Assembly (NCBI GenBank): GCA_010015585.1
Contig: ML975171.1
DNA: 50,427 nt
Strand: one strand, 5' to 3'
From: Eremomyces bilateralis CBS 781.70
Taxonomy: Eukaryota
A program made the position numbers and the translations under genes. Below the pieces are notes generated by a model. The model saw only the letters and a program-made list of their open reading frames with translations, searched no databases and was not told where the DNA came from. Below, in pieces: positions 1 through 12,570 of this stretch. Positions within the stretch are counted from its first letter, which is position 1, and each line of letters begins with the position of its first letter.

Positions 1-920
1 TTCTAAAGAAAACCCAGAAACCTTCCTCAATTCCCCAGCTGAACTGAACTCCCTTATTCTCTTCGTCTTTTTCCCAGGTACCAACTTCGGATCTTCGTTT
101 CTACTGCCCCTTCTCCATAGCTAATTGGACTGTCACCTGGACACATTTTGGGTCCCCTCGTATTTCCCGTCAGCTTCGATCCCTTGTCTCTCCAGCACGC
201 AGCCGACTGCCCAGTCCTGCACGCTGCGAAACCCCTCATTGCTTTACTGTTCAAGGCTTTTTAGGGCGGCTTTCCATTGGTCCCCCCACGCTCTTCCCCG
301 GATTGTTGCCATCCTGATCAAGTGTTTATTGTTCGATGTGGACGCCGTATCGATGCATTAAAGATTAACATCTGGGGCACCGCAATTCTTTCGCTGTTTC
401 TGTCGCTGTCGCTCCCATACGGATCCTTCTCAAACCTGTCTTATAATTCCCCCGTCTCGTTTGATTCCTTGTGCTGAGCAAGTTTGACTAAATCGTCCTT
501 CACTGCAACCCATCAGCCATTACACAAGCTTCTATCCCCCCCTTTGAGTCAAGTGGACATTTCTTCGTCGGGAATGAATTTCAAAACCAACCTATCCCAT
601 TGGCCCGTTGGACAAGAACATATTAATCGCTGAGACGCGTGAAGCGCTTTGTATTCGCCGAACTGGGAGCCCGCTTTCCCCTCGTCTTTGATACATTGCT
701 TTTTTATCGCCCTCGAGATCTCCATCGGCTGGCTGCGTCGCCACCTCATCGGATCAGGGATTGGACTCACCACCCGCTCCGAATCATCTAGCATAAGGCT
801 AGCCGCATCTTTTCGTGGGGTATCAGTTCTTCTCCAAGCTGCAGAAACAGATCATCACCACACAGACAAGGTCAGAAAGGCTTTGTCGTCATATTTCGTA
901 GACCGAACAGGGTAGCGAAA

Positions 921-2617
921 ATGGCACTTGATGCATCAATCACGCTGATGACGGCCTCTGTTCAGTTCCTGGTTCGTAACCCTGATTTGTTATTCTGCTT
1001 CTCTTGTCATCATGTCGATTCCGGAACCTCCTGCATATTGTTATTCGGATCCTCACCTCATTTTGCTTGGCCCCTGGAAGGCTCTGCATGCAACACATAA
1101 CTACATGCATGATGCTGCGTTGCCTATGCTCCATTGCCTATCTGAGCCCCCCATTCATGGCAAACTCTTCAACGAACACGGTCCACCTTTTATTTTGTCA
1201 TCTCCATCCTGCATCAATCTCACTCATTGTTTTTCACCCGTCATCGTCCTCGAGTTCCATGATCGTGGATAGAAAAGCTTACCAAGATGATCCTCAACCA
1301 GGATACCAGGCTTGCACTGGTCAACATCGCTCCGGAACTATATAGCAATTTCCTCCAGCCTATTCTCCAGCTACTCCTCTACAAGAGTGCCCCCACGCCA
1401 GGCGACGATGCAGGCCATGGAGCAGGAAGATCTCGCTCCGCGCTTTCCTGGGCGTATGAGTACCCGTTTGTTAACATCTCCGTAACGCCAATTGAGTGTT
1501 CGATCGTCTGCTCAAGGGAGCAGGCCAAGGCACTGTTCCACCCCGTCCGAGACGGGTTGCCCGAGTCGCAGAGGAACAAGGTGGAAATCACGGACGAGGA
1601 TTTCGTTGTTATCCAGGTTGGCGGAGAAGGGCTGGAGGCGGGCCAACGGGTGCTCGAACTGACAAGTCCCTTGGCCATGGCTGGAATGTACGTATAGGTC
1701 TGCTCCTGGAGCCAGGGTGCGATGCAGTGGTAAACGGGTTCGCTGACAACTATAGTTCCATCTTTTTCATCACCACGTACTTCTCCGACTACATCCTGGT
1801 TCCAATCCAGTCACGTCAACAAGTAGTCCAGGCGCTTGAAGACCGCGGCTTCACCTTCGAAAACGACTCGTCCTCATACACCCACCCATCCAACCCGAGC
1901 CATATGAGGAACCTCTCCTCGCCGACGTCTTCCAACCCTTCACCTGCCACATCAGTCAATCACCAAGCGCCTCCTGGCACTCCCCCGCCGACCTCCATTA
2001 CCGAACTGGAGACACGCACTTTCAACCTCCTGACCCGCCACAACATCGCCCCTGACGCCCAAACCCACCTCCGCCTGATCCAGTGCGCCGCTCGCAGAGA
2101 GCCACCCTCCAGCACCGTGCGATCCTCCCGCCCCGCCTCCGGTTTCGCAGGTGGTTCCCCACGCAGCATCCCGACCACCACGCCCACCGAAATGACGCTG
2201 CAGAACGCGCTGACCCGCGCTCTCATCGGCCCGCCGCGGTTCCTCTCCATCACCCTCACGACCTCTGAGTCGCCGTCCGTGCTGATGGAGAAAATCCTCC
2301 TGCCGCTGTTTGACCTGCCCGACGGCGAGAGCGCGCTGCTGGGGAGCAAAGAGGACATCTTGATTCCAGTCACGCTGGATCTGCGCACGTTGCCGCTGGA
2401 GAGCACGGGGATCGTGTGCGGGGTGGCGGGGAAGTTGGTCGGTGGGATGGCGGGTGGGCGCGTGATGGAGGGTGGCCCGGATCCGTTTGGCCCCGGCGCC
2501 GTGGAGATGAGCTATCTGAGCACGGCACGGGCGGGGACGGTCATGGTTGCGGAAGCGGAATTGGAAAGGGCCATGGGCGCGTTGGGCGCGTTGGCGATTG
2601 GTAAGACGAAGAGATGA
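921..2617 (+). CDS. CASTOR/GATS-like ACT-domain protein (3 exons: 921-971, 1302-1687, 1756-2617)
   Basis: Exon 1 MALDASITLMTASVQFL joins in frame via intron 972-1301 (GTTCGT..CAG) to DTRLALVNI. Intron 1688-1755 (GTACGT..GCTGAC..TAG) restores LAMAGISIFFITTYFSDYILVP. The C-terminal LPLESTGIVCGVAGKL..MSYLSTARAGTVMV is typical of fungal CASTOR-like ACT proteins. Confidence 0.85.
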
Positions 2618-3597
2618 GGTTCACTCTACAAGGAGGGGCTTCATTGCTGAGTTTTGGGTCTCCTTCCTTCTCATCCGGCATTCGTGGAGCACGCACGGCT
2701 TGCTTGAGGGGTCCTATCCAACGACGGAACGATCATTTGCATGGGATGACATTCTGCATCGCGTCTGGGAGTTTTTTACGCTTGCTTTTCCCCGACGGTC
2801 AGGTTATGGTTCTCGACGACTCCTCACGCTACATGTTCGACTCCGCAATGGGGTTCGAGGTGCATGCGCGGCGTCTCTGGTATGGATCGGAGAACGGGGG
2901 AATCGCGACCTCATCAAAAGTTTTTGCTTTCGGATCGATGAATTCTAATAGCATTGAATATGATAGTATGTTGTATATGAGCAATTAAGCATTCCGGATT
3001 AAATGGCTTGTCAATGAACGTTCATCTTTGTTGATCGTGTGTCATTCACGTATGATCAGGTGTTGTGCCCATCTGAGTGTTGTCTGAGGCAACTGCACCG
3101 CCACAAAGCGCCAGACCCCTCTCACTGTTCCTGCCTTCCCTGCAGGGGTCCAGGGGCGCACCTTCCCAACACCCTTCGTCACGCCAACCCGCAAATTGCC
3201 CGCACCGCCAACTGACATGGAAGTTTGTTGACAGCATTTCTATCCACAGAAAACATCCATTCTACACATCGGTCCCCTTACAAGGACATGTCGAGGTATC
3301 TGGACTGCATACAAATTACTGTCTCTGAATAATACTGAAGGCTCGCCATATTCTCCAAGCTGCTCTACCCCTATCAACCGAGACCCTTGCGCAACTGGAT
3401 CGTTTATCGGCTGCCTTGACATCACTCCCTAACAACCACCCGCTCCTCTACCTTCGTCCACCGTAGCGACAACCACCAAGGCGCATAGTTTCCCACGGTT
3501 GTCAACGAGAGGTCTCGATCACCTTAACACCTTCTTGACCTCTTCCGACTCATATTCCGCCTTGTTGTGCTGTATCAGCGCATAGGAATCTCTCATC

Positions 3598-6444
3598 ATG
3601 GCGGACAAGGAAGAGGACTTCAGTTCCCTCCCGTTGCAAGATCGCTTCGTCCACAAGAATTGGAAGGTGCGGAAGGAGGCATATGAAGCTGCTGCAAAGG
3701 AATTCGACAGTGCGCCGTCCGAAGCTCATCCGACCGTCCGGCTATTCCTCCAAGAATCCTCACTATGGAAAGGCGCCGTTGCTGACTCGAACGTCGCGGC
3801 GCAACAAGAAGGGATGGGAGCTTTATGTTCTTTCCTTCAGATTTCTGGGGTTCAAGGATGCCAGAGGTAAGATCGGTCCCCTTGAATGGGTATGTCGGGT
3901 GGCTAATGTGAGGAAAATCTGTAGAACACGGAATCTTACGATCACTCCGCTCGTGGAGAAAGGCTTGGCAGCGATGAGACCAGTATCAAAGCAAAAGGCA
4001 CTCGAAGCGGTATTACTGTATATCGAACTGGATAAACCAGACCCGATCATCGAGGAACTGATCCCGATCCTCTCCCATAAACAACCTAAGATCATAACTG
4101 CGACCCTCTCCGCGCTGACTGCGATATACCATGCCTATGGTTGCAAGACGGTGGAACCGAAGCCAGTGCTGAAGCTTCTCCCAAAGGTCTTTGGCCATGC
4201 TGACAAGAACGTGCGAGCAGAGGCTCAAAACCTGACCGTGGAGTTCTACCGCTGGCTGAAGGATGCTATGAAGCCGCTCTTCTGGAATGACCTGAAACCC
4301 GTACAGCAGGCGGACCTGGAGAAGCTCTTCGACAAGGTCCGGGATGATCCTCCGCCAAAGCAGGAGCGGCTTCTACGATCGCAACAAGCCGCCGAAGAAG
4401 CTATGCCCACATCCGGCGGCGATGCGGGTGGAATGGAAGAGGAGGAAGCCGAAATCGATCTCGAGCCGGAGTACGAGTCTGTCAATGTTTTCCCGAAAAT
4501 ACCAAAGGATTTCCAGGATCGCCTTGCTTCGACAAAATGGAAGGATCGGAAAGAAGCTCTCGACGAGTTGCAGGTCGCCATCAACCATCCGAAAATTGAT
4601 GAGGGTCCTTTTGACGATATTATCCGGACGTTAGCGAAGTGCATGAAGGATGCCAACATCGCTGTTGTGACCGTGTCGGCTAACTGCGTCGAACTGCTCG
4701 GCAAAGGTTTGCGGAAAAGTTTTGCCAAGTATCGATCCACGATCATGAGTCCAATGATGGAACGGTTAAAGGAGAAGAAAGCGGCCGTTACTGAGGCGAT
4801 TTCTTCTGCACTCGACGCGGTATTCCTATCCACAAATCTGTCGGAATGCCTCGAGGAGATTTTGGAGTTCCTGAAGCACAAGAATCCCCAAGTCAAGTTA
4901 GAGTCGACAAAGTTCTTGATACGATGCCTGAAGACCACCCGAGATGCACCGAAGCTGGAGGAGGTAAAGAGCATCGCAGAAGGATCCACAAAGCTGTTAA
5001 CCGAATCGCAAGAAGTTCAACGAGCCGCTGGCGCAGAGGTATTGGGAACCCTGTGGAAGATCATGGGTGATCGGCTCATGAACCAGCATCTCGACGGTTT
5101 GGACGAAATCCGGAAAACGAAAATCAAAGAGTTCTACGAGTCCGCAGAGGTGAGAGCGAAGTACAAGCCGAAAGCAGCACCGCCACCAAAAGCTGCCCCT
5201 GCTGCCGTGCAACGGAGGGGTATGCCTGGCAAACGGCCCGGGCCGCCAAGTAGTGTCAAGAAACCCGCTCCTACACCGGCGCCTCCAGCAGAGGAATATG
5301 CTGTTCCAACTCCATTGGCACCACGGCTTACGGCCAGATCCGGTGTCTCCAAGCTCGCGCCCCCAAAAGGAGGACTCAAGATGCCGGCCGCGAACCGAAC
5401 CATTGGAGGACTGAAAGCCCCTTCAGGAATGGCATCACCCAAACGATCAGTAATATCACCTCCTCCGTTCGAAGAGCCTGCACAAGCAGTTACTCCGGCC
5501 CAACCGAAATTAGGGCTCGGTCGTGGCCTTGCTGGGCGTCCTCTTGGCCGTGCCGCTCCTCCTCCCCAGGATCCCGCACCTGTAGCTCATACATCTGCCA
5601 TCACGCAACTGAATTCTGCAGAGCATGCCGAACTGGACGAGCTCCGCGCCGAGAACGAGCGCCTACACAAACATAACGACGAGCTACGCTCCGAGCGGGC
5701 GAAACTCGTGTCCGAGATGAACGAACTTCGCAATCACAACGCCGAGCTCATCGAAAACCACACCCGCGACATGCTCAGCATCAAAGCCAAAGAAACCCAA
5801 CTCGTCCGCGCCCGCAGCGACGCCGAAGCCGCCGAGTCGACCGTCCAGCAACAAGCCCGCGAAGTCGAGCGACTCAAGCGCGAGCTCAGCCGCCAAGTCC
5901 GCGCCACGAGCCCTCCGCCCATGGATGTCAGCGAGCAGCTCTACGGCGACCAAGCCAGCCTCAACGGCGGCGGTGGGCGCTACGATTCCGGGTATGCGAA
6001 CGGGCGCCCGTCACGCTTCATGTCGGGCGGCAGCCTCAACTCGATGTCCACGGGGTCGCATAGTGGTGCAGAAGGGAAGGAGAACCACCCAAGCATGGAG
6101 TCGTCGCTGGCACGGCAGAAGCTGAGCCCGACGCGCTCGAATGCTTTCGGGGGGTCGCCAGCGCCGCGGTCGTTGAGGAGTCCGGAGGTGCCGTATGAGG
6201 GGAGTGGGGTGGGTGCGCTTGGCCGTGGGGATTTGGGGAGCAACGGCGGGTGTGCGGGAGGTGGGGGAGGTGCGGAGAGTTGGAAGCGGGCGGCGGAAGT
6301 GACGCAGAATTTGAAGGCGCGGATCGAGATGATGAAGGTACGTCGGCGTTATCGTCTCGTCTATGCTTTCATTCGATTTTCGACCGCAGAATTGCTAACT
6401 TTCTCCTCTAGGCAAAGCAGCAGGGACTAACTCGCCAACATTGA
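3598..6444 (+). CDS. STU2: XMAP215/Dis1-family microtubule polymerase (Stu2/Alp14), 3 exons: 3598-3866, 3925-6337, 6412-6444
   Basis: TOG1 start (DRFVHKNWKVRKEAYE, ADSNVAAQ), TOG2 (STKWKDRKEAL, KDANIAVV), basic Pro-rich linker, coiled coil and C-tail WKRAAEVTQNLKARIEMMK|AKQQG. Introns 3867-3924 and 6338-6411 have GTAAGA/GTACGT donors and CTAA branch sites. Confidence 0.93.
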
Positions 6445-7692
6445 GACCGCTCTGTACCCCGAACGCTGGTATGGCTTATGAGAGCCCGCCACGGGAGTCC
6501 GTGCCAACCTCAGCATCAGGATTCTCCTCGGGGACGGCACCCTCGCCCTCCCCTCTCGGCCCCGCCGCTTCCGGACCCGCTGGTCTCAGATCTGCAGAAT
6601 CACCTTGACGATGTCACGTGGCCGGTCGCCGCATGGCGTGCTTGACACGTTCCATAGGTTACGAAGCGCATGCGATGTGGGCATGGTCGTCGTCCCCTTT
6701 CCGTGGCATTGGGAATTGGGAGATCGAACTAGATCGACCTAACACCTGTCGGAAGGGCACGACAGGCTTCCGGAACGGCCGTTTCACAGCCATGCATGAG
6801 TTATTCTTTGCTTGATCCCGTCAGGTCCCTTTACATGCCCTGTCCGTTGCTGGGGTTGTATCAGGGCGGGGTATGCATATCTAACGATGTCCTTTCTCCG
6901 TTCGCAAAGCCGTCGCGCGTCTCTGGCTTCTTGGAGTTCTTTGTACATGTCTTTCCTCGATGCGTCGAGCTTGATGATGGTTCTTGGGAGTGGGAGTGAT
7001 ACCTCGCAGCGTTTTGTCACGTTATGGCGCCGTCGCATCTCGCAATGATATACTAGTATTGCGGAACCAACTCAACTCAGTCGTCTGCTCCATCACCTTG
7101 ATGCTGTCCTTGCAATCCTCTGTGCTTTGTATACGGTTCGGGCAGTCGACTTCCGACTGGCGTCCTGTTGGACTTTTCGCATTTCTCGGCCACCACTACC
7201 TATTGTTCACTCTCCCAGATACGGAATATATCAACCACATCTCCCCATGTGAAGGGATTCCACACAAGTCCATTCTTCCCTCCATCCTCGTTATGCTGAC
7301 AAGGTCTTAAAAAGACTCTATGGTGTGTTTCAAGCATGTCGCCCACAGTCTTGTAGTGTTCAGAAAAGTCGAGGCAGTTGCACTTCAGTATTATCCCATG
7401 AAAATGGATCATCTCTGGATTCTCATCAAACCATATTCTGATTTATTCATGGGCGTGAACATATCGGATTCGGCAGGTCACTTGAATGGGTGCTCATCAT
7501 CTACTTCAAAGACCTTAACTATATTTGCATTATTTTCTCCATCCCATTACTATATTGGACAGCGACCACCAGCGTCGCAGCTTTGCTCTTCAATTGATGC
7601 AACAATGTTTCTTTTCTAGGGAAGAGACCATACCCTAAGTTGGGCATCCAAGTTCCAAAATCTCGAGACCACCATCCACCCCTACCTTCAAA

Positions 7693-9084
7693 CTATCCCC
7701 ACAGAACACCACCTTGTCGATTACACGCCGTCTTCACAGATGACGGTGTGACCCTCGTGGTGATCGTCACCGTGCGCGTGTAGGTGCGATAAGACGTGGT
7801 GCGAGCGATCACCCACTTCTTCTTCGTCTTGGTCGGCGTTGGCAAGGTGACCGTGACCGCCGGCGCTTGCGTCCTGCCCGTCACTATCGTAACGGGGGGT
7901 GGAGTGGACGTGGTCGTAGTGGTAGTTTCAGACGTCTCCGTGATGACGATGGGGGGGCTGGCCGTGAGGATATTGGTGGTGGTGGGATAATGAGCCGTAT
8001 CGGTATCTGTGACGGTCAGCGTCGCCTGGTCCGGAGCGCGCTTCTCAAGTTGGTGAGACGGTTCTTCCAGATCGGCAAACCGGTCGCGGCGTTCGCGGAC
8101 GAAGCGCTCCTTGTCGGCCAGGTAGTCGTGGACATCGCGGCCTTTGATGCGGATCGAACGGGTTCCCAGGATTAGGGTTTGGAGTGCTGGCGGAACCGGG
8201 ATTACGGTCGGGAGAATGTGGCATGTTGGGTCAGGATGGTTTTGTCGTCCACGTCTGCTGCATGTCGCCGTGATGGTTTTGGTGGTCTTGGTGACTACGA
8301 TAGTAGGTTTTACAATCTTGAGCGTCAGCAGCGTCTTGGTTGTGGTCGTAGTCACGCGCTTGGGTCGGACGGTGACCGTTCGAGTGACCGTTCGGGGAAC
8401 GGCGGTCGTTTTCGGGGGTAGGGTCTCTGTCAATGTGTCTGTTTCCCAAATGACGGCTGTGGAAGTTGGGGTGATGGTTTCCAACGCCGTGATGGTGGGC
8501 GTATACTACACTGGTGAGCTTGATCCTACTCAGAAATGGGCATCAGAAGCCATGCTTACGGTTGTAGTGATTTGCGGGCCGACGCTCAACGAGAAATCTC
8601 TTTGATAAGCAATCGGCATGCCACTATCTCCATTGTTGCTCATAATAATGATTGACCACAGACCAGAAAAGAGTTCGTTTTTAAGTGTTGGACTACATTT
8701 GGCGCTGTCAGCCTCAATTCCACAACTGGACATAGAAAGGCATCCTTACCATGTCGACATCTGATTGGTATTGTCTGGTATCAGAGGGGTATCTGAACAC
8801 AATACTTGGTCTCCATTAGGATCGGCTACCAGTGTCAGTGAACAGTGTGGCGTCAATCACACGTAACAGAGTCTACCTAGGATGTTGTATGAAAAGTCAT
8901 CATTGCAGCCGGAGAACTGTTGGACAAACGTGAAGGGATCTGTGGAGAGAAGATTTTGAAAGTACGACTCCTTATCTTGGAAGTCAATGCCGAATGATTT
9001 GCATGGGTTGTCTTCGTCGGCGAACACTCTCCTGGCTGCAATTGCCAGGAGAGCCAGTCCAAAGGACCGTGAGGCAGATAGCAT
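7693..9084 (-). CDS. Secreted Thr-rich hypothetical protein (4 exons) with Cys-containing N-domain and Kex2-type dibasic sites
   Basis: Signal-peptide-like MLSASRSFGLALLAIAARRVFA. Introns 8876-8826, 8749-8693 and a third near 8560-8506 join the ORF fragments in frame. Two Thr/Val-rich blocks are separated by LEKR. Confidence 0.75.
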
Positions 9085-12000
9085 TGTGAGTGGGATAGTC
9101 AAGACTTGACGGAGGACAGTGGAAGAGACGGACCTGTACACGGAAGAGAGGACACAACAAAACGAGAGACTCGATCCAAACAGATATGACAACAGGTGTA
9201 TGGAATTGCATTGCCGTATATCCCGTACTTAACTGAGTAATATACAAACCCCACCACAAGAAAGCACAGCCAGCGGCTCGGACATGGAGACCGGAGCTTA
9301 GATGGGTGGTTCGGGGTTGTATCAGCCTATGAAAACGATTATCGTCTTGTCTGATAGTTGGCCCGGGGCCAAGGTCCGTCGCTGGGCAGTTTTCAGCCCG
9401 CGGAGAATGCATGGTCGGGCCGCTTCAAAAAGCCTAGATAGACGGTCTGGGCGCAGTACCACAGAGGGCTGCGTTAGCTAGATGCAAGCAGCTAAGCGTC
9501 CATATTTACTCATACCACCGGGAAAGCAAAGAGTGGCTTAATCGGGTATAAATTAAAGGAAATATTGGTGGAGTGCATGCAGAATGCGAAGTGAAGAAAC
9601 TATGAGCAGTAAGATGAAGGATTATGCTATGATGATATGCAGGCTGGCTGAGGAGGAGCACTTTTACGAACATGGATCCGATGCCACACAAACCACAATC
9701 TATGCCATTAGGGATAACCGAATCTCTAACAATAACCATTCTGTACTAACATTTCACCGACACCCCTTGTAATCTGTATAACAATATCTGCAAGGCGGCA
9801 GAGATGCAAGGGGATCGCCTGGAAATTCCGAAAATCCCGTCAGTCTCCCTAGTCTCCTTAGCTTCCGACTAATAGAAGATTTCTGGTTTCTCACCCACAA
9901 CAGCCGACCCCTCTCCACTTATGGTACGTACCCAGCGCCCCTACTATGTAAATCTCCATGATGGCGCCAATCCTTCATATTGCTTGTCAAGACGTCGTGC
10001 AACGGTAACTGGCCCACCTTATAATTGGAGCTGGGCTTCCCATCAGCCCGGCTTGACGGCTTGGCCTCTTGGGCGTCTGGATTCTGGAAGTCTGCAAAGT
10101 GCAAAGGCCTCTACCCGCCATCCAAGACTCCATTTGCTTCCCTGTCGATTCCGTCCCAAACAGGTTTTGACCCAGATACCGGGACGTGGCGTGAGCTACC
10201 ATAGTAACAAGCTGGGAAATGCTATGTTTGGACATGGATACGACCACAGTTCAAATTTGGGGACGAAATCCCCGCCCACGAGGACTGTCTTGGGTCTTTG
10301 AATACCTCACTGACAGTTGTACTATTAACAGGCTAGTCAAGGAACAACTTCATCCCTTCGCACCGAACAGACGGGCGAAGGAACACAGTTTTTGTTCTTT
10401 GTACCACACTGATCTGCCGTGAACTGTTGATGAAACAGCGTTCCTGGCGATCGGGTATTCCCAACAGCTCTGACCTGTCCAGTCTCCGGAAAACCGAGCG
10501 TGGCCTTACCCAGCCCCCTCAATGACATGAAAATGGAGCTCTCGGATGCGGTCGCCGTCTTTGCAGCCTGCGTGTTCGGCTACTATGCTGCACATACTGG
10601 TACGTAACCCGATACGACGGGTAAGAAAACGCATACAGGATACGACCAGCTTCTTGAATCTACAGGCTGGACGAAATATTTCCTTTGTAACGGTTACTAC
10701 TGCCCGAGGAGGTATGGTCTCGTGAAGACCCCGTTTTCTCCGATAAGACTGTGCTATATTTGGATATACGGTCTACCATCCCGTACACAATGACACTCGC
10801 CTTCTGCGCAGGTCACTTCTCCAATTCCGGTTAGAAGCATCAGGCGGGCACCCTGGTCCCGAAGCTAAACGGAACATCCAACATCAATAATAAGGTTACG
10901 AAGGGGGGCAGGATCGGCAACCAGCTCGGGGAGCCGATTCAAACTACAAGCCTACATGTATATTCTCCCCAAACTATCGCTCCACCGTCCTGCTTGGCCA
11001 ATGAGCCGTGTACACAGTACAGATCCATGTGTCATTCGATCCTGCGCATGCATCTGAGCTAGCCTTCGACGACCAGATATGCGTGTGGTTCGGCGTCTTT
11101 GGCAGAAAGCTGGACAGCGCATCGAAGCCGATCTGGCAATCGCCACGCTTTTATCGTCCACGACTGTTGGATCGGGGACTTTCCATTGTGCTTCTCAACC
11201 GCTCTGGGCGAATATTGAAGTATATGGGAAAGTTGCAAATTCCGATTGGACTATGCTCTCAGCTCTGTCACTTAATGGTCGTGTGACCCTTCCTGTCACC
11301 TGTGCCGCCGTCTGTGGACTACTGCATCCCTACTTGAGGGACACTAGGAGATTATTGATCCAACTTCTCAATGTGCTTTGTTGTGGCTTGACGGTAATTA
11401 TGCTTGGCGATTGGCCAGCTTCCATCTTCACTGACCTCAGTCCTGTCCGGTTCTCGCATCACGGGAGGAGTGAGGCTTGCTGGCGTTATGGATACGAGTC
11501 CGTGTTCTCCTAATATGGTTCAGACCACCTGGGTCGACTTTGTTCCTCGTTCTTCTCGGATTTCGATATTCCGATGTAACATTCAAAGTATCCAGTCATC
11601 ATTGTGGCCCACTTTCTCCAGGGAATCATGCCAATCAGTTTCGACCTGTCCGCCGCTGCATATTCTCTATTACGAGAATCAGAGCGCCCTTAGCAATACT
11701 ATTTGCTCCGAATCGCAAAAACGACTCCTTACAAAATTAGATCTTCTTAGTCTGGGCGATATGTCCCACGTCGCACAACCAATTATGCCGCCAATAGTTT
11801 GCTTCAGCAATCCACCCAGCATAAAGCTATCTTACTGACATCCAATGGCAACTTCCGCTATCTTCAACTTCATCCGGAGATGCTCACATTCAGTTTTTCC
11901 AGTCTGCCGGCACTGTTCTAATTTCGTCGAAGCATCTTACACTTTTTCTCAGTCATTGATTCAGTGGATTCGGTTACCCCGGTCTCGCCAAACCGCGCAT

Positions 12001-12570
12001 GAAAGCATTGTCGAGATGCAGTCTTATAGGATCCGCTTTTGACGCTGACATGTATTGATAGACCAGGAACTACTCCACGCGCCACCGAGACTTGCATATC
12101 TCTTGCATCAAATTGCTAGTCGATCTGCAAGTTCTCGTGTGGCTGAACTTCAACAACGTCTATTGAGCTAAGACCAAGCGATGCATGGTCCATTTGCATG
12201 ACACAGGGAGTTAGCGATTATATTCGGCATGGAGTTAGGTAACCAAGTTTCCCGGAAATGGCTTTCCAATCTTTCTGTTAAGGCAAACTAAGGTCTTTCT
12301 GATGGCTCGATGCTTCCACATTGGCTACTTTATCCGATGGAAACAAGGCACAGGCTGGGCAGCTGGACCTAAAAAACATTGGCAGAAATGCCGGAAGCGG
12401 TACGGCTCAGAGGCCGCAAAGATGCAGTAAGTATATCAACCTTTGAGCATCTTCCTTCATTCTCCTATATCTTCCTATGGAAATGCCGTATTTGCTTTAA
12501 CTGGTCCTCTCCTGCGTTTTTCCTTCACTATATCGATTCATATTAAGCAAATACCGAAACTCATACAATT

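Noticed and set aside
4246..4989. Long antisense ORFs (also 43578-44330, 14114-14749 and others)
   Set aside because: Shadows of well-supported genes on the opposite strand, with no independent motifs.
10527..10900. Possible small spliced gene (MKMELSDAVAVFAACVFGYYAAHTG|WTKYFLCNGYYCPR..)
   Set aside because: Donor GTACGT and acceptor are plausible, but there is no clear branch site, no recognisable domain and the downstream exons are unresolved.
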